Assembly: GCF_001194135.2 (NCBI RefSeq)
Contig: NC_068988.1
Coordinates: forward strand, 3,557,245-3,621,244
Length of the DNA stretch: 64,000 nt
Source of the DNA: Octopus bimaculoides
Taxonomy: Eukaryota
Direction of reading: 5' to 3'
Positions 53,664-64,000 of the stretch are shown here, one piece after another. The translations under genes and the position numbers were made by a program. Every line of letters starts with the position of its first letter. Position 1 is the first letter of the stretch. Below the pieces are notes generated by a model. That model made no database searches. It saw nothing but the letters and a program-made list of their open reading frames with translations, and was not told the DNA's origin.

Positions 53664-54897
53664 TTGGGTTGGCAACTAAGTTCCTGCCGTTTAAAAAAAA
53701 TTTGTTAATGGTTTAATAAAAAATAACTAATTAATCAATAATGTATTCACCCTTGTTGTTTACAACTTCTTCCCAACGTTCAACAAGATTTTCAGTATCT
53801 CGTTGGTAGAAATTACCCCATTTTGACTCGAAAGATTGATCCAACCCAGGTCTCAATTCTGCATCAGTATTGAAGGAAACTCCGTGTATGGCATTTGAAA
53901 GAGATCGAAAGAGGTGGAAATCCGTTGGTGCCAAATCAGGAGAGTACGGCGGGTGCGGAAGCACTTCCCAGTCATGCGTTTGACAGGCTTCCTTGGTTAT
54001 ATTGGCGATATGAGGGCGGGCGTTGTCGTGCAGCAGAAGAACTCCATGCTGCCGATTAGGTCTTTTCTCTTGAATAGCCGTGCTGAGTCGTTCCATCTGT
54101 TGAACATAGAGTTCCGTGTTGACCGTTTGGTTCCGTTCAAGCTATTCGTAATGGATAATCCCTTCCCAGTCCCACCATACGCACAACATCATTTTACGCG
54201 GATAATAATCTTGCTTCACGGGCCGTGTCGCNNNNNNNNNNNNNNNNNNNNNNNNNNNNNNNNNNNNNNNNNNNNNNNNNNNNNNNNNNNNNNNNNNNNN
54301 NNNNGCTTACGTCCATGAGTTGAGCGATGATGAGCAAGCAAACCAGTGGAGATTGTGGCTCATTAATTTTTGTTGTTGTGACTTAGAACATGCGGAACCC
54401 ATGTTCCATACTTCTGAACCTTTCCCATCGAGTGAAGAGGCTTCTCTATAGCAGTGTGGAAGCATTCCATTTTCTCTGCCAGTTCTCTTGTCGTTTGACG
54501 AGAATTTTCGTGCAAAAGTTGCTTTAATCGCTCTTCATCGAACTCAACTGGATGGCCAGAACGAGGTGCGTCTTTGAGGTCAAAATTTCAATTTCTGAAC
54601 TTGGCATACCAATCATGAGCGGTTCTTTCAGCTATGGCCCCCTCTCCATAAACATCACATATGTCATGAGCAGCTTTTGTGGCCTTAGAACCTTTATTAA
54701 AAGCAAAAAAGCTGTCGAAAATGTTCGTTTTTCTTAACTTGACATTCCATTTTAATGATCTGAAAATAGACAAAAATTAACTAAAATTAACTAATGATTC
54801 AAAAATGGAATTCTCGAAAAAAAATAGATTCCAAAATTTAAAAATGCAATAAATTCCAAAATTTAAAAAAACCGTGGGAACTTAGTTGCCAACCCAA
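53664..54897 (-). mobile_element. Full-length mariner (DD34D) DNA transposon, 1234 bp, inactive
   Basis: 21-bp perfect TIR TTGGGTTGGCAACTAAGTTCC, flanks TA/TG; HDNARPH...YSPDLAPTDFHLF with 34 residues between the Asps; N-terminal HTH (AFNKGSKATKAAHDICDVYGEGA); frameshift, stops and an internal gap. Confidence 0.96.
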
Positions 54898-55986
54898 TGT
54901 GTGTGTGTATAGATGGATGGATACACACACAGATGAAGAAAGCTTGTTTGTGAAATTTGACAAACACCCAGCGATTGCAAAAGAAAAAAAAAAAGTAAAG
55001 AGAGAGAGAAATAAGAAAAACTCCAGTGTTAACATTTTCTTCCACTGAGGATCAAATGCTAGACATGATTGAAACCTCGTCTGTGAAACTAAGTACAAAG
55101 ATACATAGAGTGGGACACAGACAACTGAAACCGCTCCCCTTTGTGCCGCATATTCCTTGAAACAATGACAATAGTAGTATTTCAGAATTGCAAACATGTA
55201 GAATACCCTAACCACCACAGCAAGACTATTTGACCCTTATTTAGGGAGTCAATTATGTACCAGACTTCTTTTTACCTACAAGATGCAGACGAAAGGACTT
55301 CTAGAGAAAGAGTTGCCTGCACACAAGAGTCATTCTCTGTTTCTCACACAATATATATACAGTGGCAAGATATGATAGAAGGTTTCAATTCAAAATTTAT
55401 GAAAACAAGACATTTGTACGACAGAGCCAGAAGTGATTTCAACCGGGTTGGTATCGAAATGGTGAAACAGTTCTCACCAAATGGGAAGTTGTGTAGATAA
55501 TGACGACTTGTTTCTTCTTTAAATGAAATGAAAACGTGTCCCTAAATATACATTCATATTAAATGTGAATGTACTAATATGATCGGATGGTTGTTGCCTC
55601 ACCGAGTTGACGTACCATTTTAGGGGTCTCATTTTATCCTGCAGGATTCCATCCTCTCCAAGTTAAACTTGGACATGTTGCAAGTTTAGTTGCCAACAAC
55701 ATAACCATGCAACAGTTGTACTGAATTACACACTACCAGTAGCATTCACAAACATACACACACATACATATGTATTTGTGTGTGAGTGCATGTGTGTGTA
55801 TGTAAGTATTTTATGTATATCATAATCATGGCTATGTGGTAAGAAGTTTGCAAAGTTTACTTCCGAACCATATAGTTCCAGGTTCAGTCCCACTACATGG
55901 AACTTTGGGCAAGTATCTTTTACTGTGGCCTCAAATTGACTAAAGTCTTGTGAGTGGGTATAACAGACAGAAACTGAATGACGTCC

Positions 55987-56020
<34 letters not shown>

Positions 56021-56448
56021 TGTGTATGTGAGTGTGTATTTGTTTATGTCCCTGTAACTTGGCATTTCAACAAAAGAGACCAATAAAATATGTACCAAGC
56101 TCAAAATAATATTAATAATAATAATAATAATAATGGGGTCAATTTCTTCAAAGTGCAGTGCCGTAGCATGGCTGCATTTAAAAGACGAAAGAGAACAGAT
56201 AAAAGGAAACCCAGATCTGTGCATTCATACAAGTTAGTGCTGCCTGTTTTTGCATAAATGTAAATAAATGAATACGTTGTGTGCTGCTACTGGAGAGAAC
56301 AACTCCATTACCTCCACGGAAGCCCTTTTCTTCACATCTTCCATGGATCTTCCCACCCTCTTGAGGTCATGATACCCACTTTGGGAATGATTGCTCTAAA
56401 TTTAGTGAACAGCCATTACCAACCCGGGGAATCCATCGTTCTTCTCAC

Positions 56449-56525
56449 CTTCAGAATTGGTTTGGAATTCTATTTTTCTTTCTTGTAAGTTGGCTTCCGA
56501 CATACCATCATAAATGCAGGGAAAC
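56449..56525 (-). CDS. Candidate 77-nt exon ([25 protein letters not shown], phase 2 to 1); alternatively a Tc1 relic
   Basis: ttttgtgtag acceptor and AAG|gtgaga donor, single open frame; but the adjacent VWVCF resembles Tc1 VWGCF. Confidence 0.2.
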
Positions 56526-56657
56526 CTACACAAAATTTCACGAATCAATTGAAACATACCCATACTTTCCATTGACAAGAGAACATAAATTGATCTCATT
56601 GACAACGTGCTTAAAACATGTATGTATACACACATGCAGTGTCTTTTTTCTCTCTTA

Positions 56658-56747
<90 letters not shown>

Positions 56748-57812
56748 CATACGTATGCATATATATATACATACATATGTATGCATATATATATATATAC
56801 ATACATACGTATGCATATATATATATGTACATACATACATACATATATATATATTATATACATATATTTTGTACATATATATATATAAATACACACATAC
56901 GTATGCATACAAGTACACAGGCAGACTTGCTTCTTAATATTCCATCAGACGCCTCTCCATACAAACTCTATGCTTACAGATGTGAGGTTTTTGTCTGTAT
57001 GGGTTTGTATATATATTATCCAAGAACTTTGTAAAATTCCTGTTATGTAAATACACCATTCGAAGTGTCGTAACAGTTTAGAGACAACCTTGTTCCTCGT
57101 CTCTGTTGCTCTTTTTTTACTTTATTGATCTGACTTTGAAATGCTTTTAGTTCCATACACAAGAACCTTGGTTCTTCATTTTCAGGAAGCTAACACATTG
57201 CTGAGGATGTTGTGGCAAGCTTAACAAAACACACATTTACCACAAGGATTTTTTTTTTCATGTTTTAAAGGTCAAACAGCTATTGCACTAACATCTTTTA
57301 TGCTGAAAAACTGTGGCGACAAATGCTATATTTGATAAAAATATAAAATAAAATATATCTCCAACAAATCTACAAAGCTTTTTTCCAAGCATTAATTAAT
57401 GTGTTTGTCTTTTATTTTTTATATTACCTTTTCTTATTATAATAATCATTATTATCATGATTTGATTAATCACTGCAAAACAAAAAAAACATTTTTAACT
57501 CGAGAATTTAGTTTAGATTTTGAATTTTTTGGTTTTATGTTAAATAAAATTATTAACTTATGAAAATGAAGATAACATGTAAAGGTCACAAGGAAATATT
57601 GTGTTCGGCATCGGCAGGGTGATATTTTCGAAATTAACAATCCATTATTAGAGTTTGGTTAGTAACCACGATCATGTTAGTATAAACACAAATAGATATT
57701 TATTTTTTAAATCTCTTTCATCTTGCAATCAATAATATATGTCAATGGTTCTTTACCATTCTCATTGTTGCTGCCAATATTAGATTCTTCTATTTTGGTG
57801 CAAAGAACTTAC

Positions 57813-57836
57813 CTTTGGAAGGATTTCAGCTTGGTA
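57813..57836 (-). CDS. Candidate short exon (TKLKSFQ, phase 2 to 2; an alternative acceptor gives 57813-57884)
   Basis: Consensus donor AAG|gtaagt; acceptor moderate. Confidence 0.15.
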
Positions 57837-60349
57837 CTGTCATTCAACAGAAGACTCATTAAATACATCAACCAAATAATTTTTCTATAACATTCATATA
57901 TATAAGTCTATAAGGGACTTTCTATAGTGGGAGGGGGGTCACTCAACATGCTAGAAATGGCAACCAAATCTCCTACCCATCACGGTAATTTCCCAGAGTA
58001 ACACCAGCACGATTTTCACTAACAAAAAAAAAAAAAACCACCTTTGATTTTTTGCGTGGAATCAAGTACCCTGACCTCCTAATATGCTGCAAATCCCTTA
58101 TGTTGGTTCGGAAATAAGGGTGGGCGAAGTGGGGTTCCTCCTCCCCCATGATGTCTTAGAAGAAAGGAAAAATTATTTTGAATACTTTGGTCAGCTGCTG
58201 ATAATGCTTCATTCTGTATGAATTAATGATGAAGTGTTCCAATGTGTCCCTGGATATGCAATGAAGCCTAAGCTTCTGGTCAAAAGATATTATAAAGTAG
58301 TGCAAAATAAGGTTTTTGTGTCCTCATTAACGTTGGTCAGTGTCATCGTCATCATCATCATAATCACCTTCATAATCAGTTTATGTGTGTCTTCAATGTT
58401 GGGTTGGACCGTTTGGCAGGATCCAACAAACTCCAATTGTCAGCTTTGGCATCGTTTCTACAACTAGATGCCCTTCATAATGTCAATCACTTTACATTGT
58501 ATATTGTATGCATTTTTTCATTCCACTGGCATTATTGAAGTCACCAAAAAACTTACTAGAAAAGAAGCCCTCCTCTACAAAGTGAGAGAGGGTATATTTG
58601 AAAGTGGTGAGGTGATTCCATGCCAGGTGTTACAGTAGTATAGAGGGACAAGTTCGGGTGTCTTGTAAATATAGGAAACACATGGCTATTCCTTGCATTA
58701 TATACAGGTAGGTGAGATTAGCTACACGTTTATATAAAAGTACCCCATGTCTAGTATTTTGTTCAGGAGGTGACAAAGCTTGTATGTGAAAGTGTGTCAA
58801 AGGATGAAGGGTTACAACAACTGTATCAGGGAGAGTGGAATTAGAGCCAAAAATATGGCAACAGTTTTAACAGAATGACAGAGTGTAAAAGGTGATCATA
58901 TATTAATTAGTAAATTAACTATAAATTAGATAATGTAATTTGTTGTATTAGTGCTAAATTAGATTGCTTCTCTACAATATGTTTAAACAAAGAGAGATTA
59001 ATGAAGCAACATCCAACACCTAGCCCCCTCTCACTTCAACCCTAAAGGATCATTAAATCGATTGTAGGACCTGTCAGATCAACTTTTTTTTTATTTTAAA
59101 AGCCAAAAGGAAACATCAACATGATTACTCAAGTTGCAGGAAAAGAACAGCAAAATCTCTTCGACTCAGAACCCTTCTATCTTTATAAAAAGAATAAAAA
59201 GAACAACCCCAATTCTAACATTCAGTCTTAAATAAATAATGAAAGAGAAAATGGTCAAGGCATGAGTGGCCTTGACCTTAAGACTGCTCATTTAGGGTTG
59301 ACCTAGGGTTAGAAAAACAACAAAATTTCTGATATTATGTGACACTGAGTTTTAAATAGAGTGAAATTAGATATAGTCATATTGTTAATAACAAAGAAAT
59401 ATCTCATAAAAACCCATAAAAGTAATGGAAAAATATATTATAATCGTGAATATACATAAATGTTTGTTTATGGAGTGTCAGCAGGTGTTATATTGATATA
59501 GTGATATTAAATAGCTAACTCTATCACTCCACTTTTCATTGATGACTGTTAAGATTAGGCTATAATTCTAAATGAAAAACACCACAGAAAACAATTTAGT
59601 TTCCACCCTGGACAGTTGGTGTGGTAGCGAGAGAGAGAGAGAGAGAGAGAAAGTGTGAGTGTATATGTTAGAGAGAAAGAGAAGGAAAAAGAGAGAGAGA
59701 TAGTGTACATATGTGTTAGAAAGAGAGTGGGAAGTAAATTGGTTAACCAAAGAGAAGACACCCAGCCATTACACAAAAAAGACACCAGCATAGTTTTTAA
59801 CTGAAATTTTGGATTTTCGCAAGGTCCCTTTTAGAAGTAATCTGTCTTACACCATTTCTATCCATTTTATTGATCAAATATTACAACTGTTTGAGGTCCC
59901 AGATTGTTATATCATTTACTAACGATATATCTGTGGTAACGTTTTGTTTTGGAACATTACATGTGCTGACTGAGGTTGTTCCTTTTTTTATAAAGTAACA
60001 CAATAGAAAAATTTAGGAACACAGCTGTTCTTCTAATAATGGTTTCAAATTTTGGCACAATGCCAGCAATCTCAAGGAAAGGGGTTAAGTCGATTACATC
60101 GATCCTGGTGATCAACTGGTTCCTATATTATCGACCCCAAAAGGATGAAAGGCAATGTCGACCTTGGTGGCATTTGAACTCACAACATGCAGATGTCACT
60201 AAGCATTATGCCTAGTGTGCTAAAGATTCAGCCAGTTCATCACCTTAGTTGCTCTTCTAATTGTGGCAGGTCTTTTGGAATGTCAAAGACCTGTAACTAT
60301 GAAATATTAAGAATAGATGTTATGTCTCATTATAGCTGATATTTTTGCC

Positions 60350-61750
60350 AAATTTCAGTAAAACTTAAAGTATATGATAAGTACACCTGATGTTGTTTTA
60401 TCACGCAGAGATAAATTGCTTAGATAAGATGACCGTGACTGAGGAGTCAATTGCTTGGCAATTTGTATCTTGTCACTATTGCAAAATAGCTTTGGATAAT
60501 CCAGTTCTTCAAGCTGGATGAAGGTACCATAAGCTGATATAATGAACTACTCGAAGTAACAACATTAAAATTAATGATTCTTGCAGCCATTGATTGCTGT
60601 AATCAGTTCAAAGCAAAGACACATGCAATAGTGTTATAACTTATTGGGAGAGGGAGAAATTCGTCTGTCTTAGGCTTAATGCTACAGAAAATGGAAATGA
60701 AGTATTGGCTACGATCACTCTAAAGGTCCTTGAATGGATTAAGATTCTCAGATAAAATCTATCACATATGGTGAGTTGAAATAAAAGAGTACAATAATAT
60801 TCTTGTCTTTCTGAATGCTATCAGAAATGTAACATTGGTTACATTGCTGATAATAATTGGTTATGGAATCTTAGTTACAAACCCAGAATATTAGCAGATC
60901 AATTACATCTCCTGTTACCTGGAAACACAGAAAATGTTGATATTAAATGATGATAGAAAATGTTAATCTTTAATAACAACAATATTTTTGAGTTATCTCT
61001 GATGCCTCTACATCAGTAAACAGATAGACATTCACACTTTGCAAAGGTCTTACTTTGAATGGTTACAGTAGATCTGTCGTTAAATCATTAACAATGAAAT
61101 TCAATTTTCATTATTGTTCCCCTCCAAATGCATTTTTCAGACATATCAAAATCTGTTATTACCCTTTGTATGGAATATTGTTCTTATATTTAAGATGGCA
61201 TTTCTGCTGGGCTTATTTCTTTCTTTGTTTGAGTTAAAAAGTGAGTTTCTGACAATATTAATTCTGTTTTACCAGCTGAAGTAAAGCCTTTTCTCTCATC
61301 ATCAGCACATTGCTTCTCCCTCTCTATCTCTAAAAATACTCCCATATTTTCTGTTCTTCCAAATTTTCTTCCCTTAAGCTTACTAGTCAAATTACTCACC
61401 TTTCTTTTAACAACAAGGATGAGACATCCTTGTCGTTCTCTCCTCCTCCTGTAAGAAAAAATTCTACTCCAGTTATTTATTTGCTCAGACATCTGTCTTG
61501 TGAAATAATCTTGTCTCAAATGTTTTTAGGACAGTTTCTCATTAGATTTCATTCTTTTCATTTCTTTTGTAATTCTGAACAAGTAAATAAATGCTTGGGA
61601 CCTGTTTTACTGCTGGTAGCTTGATACTTTCTGGGAGTAACTAACTTTTGATTAAGTAAACTTGTGGGTAAAGCATTGGCAGCTTTATTTTCATCAAATG
61701 TTGCCTAAAATTTAGGACTTCAAAATTTCAGTGAGACAGTTTTTGCTACA
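60350..61750 (-). mobile_element. Heavily decayed R4/Dong-like LINE, pre-RT and RT region
   Basis: Ordered remnants NSLFNSNKE, IPxK, PG...FW, GCKN and a WIxxKA-like segment, colinear with the better-preserved copy at 31640-33170. Confidence 0.55.
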
Positions 61751-62660
61751 ATTAAAACACATTGAAAATCAATTAGAAATCCATTCATTGATTTCAATAG
61801 TAAATATTTATAAATAATGAATTGGCTTTTGGTGGCTTTTTCTTCTAAAGTCATCTTGGATTAGAGGAGAAAAATAAGAGTGAAAGATCCCAAAATAGTT
61901 GAAGGATTGGCAGTTTGGAAACTGCTATGAATATCGTTATTTCAATATGTTAATGACTATTGTTTTTAAATTAAACTCTTCTGGAAACATTTTGATAGAA
62001 TTAAACCCGCAATGAAAAACTGCACAACACCCTACAAAATTATAGAATTATAGCATGGCAATATTTGTGATAATTGCAATTCTTTCGGACACAGTTCTAA
62101 GACTGAGAAAAAAAAAAAAAATGAAATTGTAGAAGAGTTTACACAATCAAGATTTCCTCAGGTATTAATGAAAATTGAATAGCACTAATACAATCTGTTA
62201 ATATGTAAAAACCTCGCAGGAAAGTGAAATAGAAAAAAAAAATACAGAAATGGCTTTGAGTCTAATGTAGTCTTCAGCAAATTATTGAGAAGGAAATAAA
62301 TGTACAAAATTAATTATTTCTACACAACTAAACGTAATAGTTATCTAATTTTATTAGCTTCTAATTGATGAAATAATGAGTAAATTATGTTTGATGTTGT
62401 AGTTAAATTACTGCAGTAGTTAACACTTCATGATTGTATACAGAATGTAATGTGTGTTGTGTTTGTGTGTGTATGTATGTGTGTGAGTGTGTACATGTGT
62501 GTGCAGTTATTCGCCTTCAATTGTTGATTAGACTGGCTCTTGGGTGGCTTCTGTTCTTAAGCAGAAATTTAGATAATTATAAAAATGTGGTACAACTGAC
62601 AGTATGTTTGTGTTTTTGGTTTTGTCATTATATATACACAGCACTTAGTTTTAAAATTCC

Positions 62661-62776
62661 GTATGTGTATACGTGCACATGTGTATACGTGTATGTGTAT
62701 ACGTGCACATGTGTATACGTGTATGTGTATACGTGCACATGTGTATACGTGTATGTGTATACGTGCACATGTGTAT
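62661..62776. repeat. 30-bp minisatellite, 3 perfect copies plus 1 partial
   Basis: GTATGTGTATACGTGCACATGTGTATACGT at 62661, 62691, 62721 and 62751 (partial). Confidence 0.95.
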
Positions 62777-63339
62777 ATGAATGTGTATACGTGTGTGTGG
62801 GTAGAGATAGAGATATGTGGTAAAGCAGTTTTCTTCTCAATCTTGTAATATTGGGTTCAGTCTCATGACATGTTGGGCAAGTGTCCACTAATATGTATAG
62901 TCCCGGGGCAACCAAAGCTTTGTGAGTAGACTTCATTGACAGAAACTGGAAGAAGCTCATCATATGTGTATGTATGAAAATACATTATATATATATATAT
63001 ATATATATATATGCATACATACGTACATACATACATTTATGTATATGTGTGCATGTGAGAGTGCTTGTATGTTTCCTTGTGTAGACATCATGCTATGGTT
63101 GTAAACGAGCATCACTGTTAAACAAGTGGGAGTGTTCATTTCAAGTTTTCCATGTGAAACATGTCAGGTTATGGAGAAATATTACTGTCTTTAAAAGAGG
63201 TAAGAGTTGGCAACAGAAATGGCATTTGAAAAATCTATTACAACAAATTTTGATCCAGGCAGGTAAGGAAGAGTGGATGTTAAATGAGTAACCATCTTGT
63301 AAACTGTATCACCATTATTAACACTATTATTATTGTACC

Positions 63340-63909
63340 GTGGAGGTGCAATGGCCCAGTGGTTAGGGTAGCGGACTCGCGGTCATAGGATCGCGGTTTC
63401 GATTCCCAGACCGGGCACTGTGAGTGTTTATTGAGCGAAAACATCTAAAGCTCCACGAGGTTCCGGTAGGGGATGGTGGCAAACCCTGCTGTACTCTTTC
63501 ACCACAACTTTCTCTCAATCTTTCTTCCTGTTTCTGTTGTACCTGTAATTCAAAGGGTCAGCCTTGTCACGCTNNNNNNNNNNATCGCGGTTTCGATTCC
63601 CAGACCGGGCACTGTGAGTGTTTATTGAGCGAAAACATCTAAAGCTCCACGAGGTTCCGGTAGGGGATGGTGGCAAACCCTGCTGTACTCTTTCACCACA
63701 ACTTTCTCTCAATCTTTCTTCCTGTTTCTGTTGTACCTGTAATTCAAAGGGTCAGCCTTGTCACGCTGAATATCCCCGAGAACTACGTTAAGGGTACACG
63801 TGTCTGTGGAGTGCTCAGCCACTTGCACGTTAATTTCACGAGCAGGCTGTTCCGTTGATCAGATCAACTGGAACCCTCGACGTCGTAAGCGACAGAGTGC
63901 CAACAAACA
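63340..63909 (+). mobile_element. Young tRNA-derived SINE with an 11-bp target-site duplication; internal 184-bp duplication across a 10-N gap
   Basis: A box tggcccagtgg, B box ggtttcgattccc, CpG-rich; TSD ATTATTGTACC at 63329-63339 and 63910-63920; 63390-63573 repeats as 63584-63767. Confidence 0.93.
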
Positions 63910-64000
63910 ATTATTGTACCACTCTCCACCTCACCCATCTGCCTTTGCCAGCCATCACACCCAACATACACCCTTGAGAGTAAAGATTGTTTGCCAACAT

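Noticed and set aside
55255-55500. 81-aa ORF MYQTSFYLQD...
   Set aside because: The 3' part resembles a decayed mariner C-terminus (GIEM...WEV.VDND); no other support.
61400-61448. Minus-strand segment with very strong splice signals (GGENDKDVSSLLLKE)
   Set aside because: Embedded in a decayed R4/Dong LINE; only RNA evidence could show exonisation.
63390-63767. 184-bp direct duplication inside the SINE
   Set aside because: Identical copies on either side of a 10-N gap indicate unmerged overlapping contig ends.

Overview
AT-rich animal genomic DNA from a gapped draft assembly. The microsatellite load and tRNA-derived SINE types suggest an octopus-like cephalopod (inference from recall, not searched). 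I found no confidently identifiable cellular gene; nearly all long ORFs in the track are microsatellite or N-gap artefacts. The window is mainly a graveyard of mobile elements: R4/Dong-like REL-type LINEs in (AAT)n tracts, RTE LINEs, an I/Ingi-like endonuclease relic, a Penelope-like element (PLE), a BEL/Pao relic, a DD37D (maT) fragment, a full-length 1234-bp DD34D mariner, piggyBac-type TTAA MITEs, a putative solo LTR and many SINEs. The most interesting signal is not in the ORF track: six different minimal hammerhead-ribozyme-like motifs (CUGAUGA...GAAA). One is nearly intact (17513-17560), one lies directly 3' of the PLE GIY-YIG ORF, one follows a Pol III tRNA-type SINE head, and one has an 18-bp inverted repeat reaching into stem II. 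A 92-bp-arm hairpin and weak phase-compatible candidate exons are also reported. All translations and pairings were done by eye; family names are recall-based.
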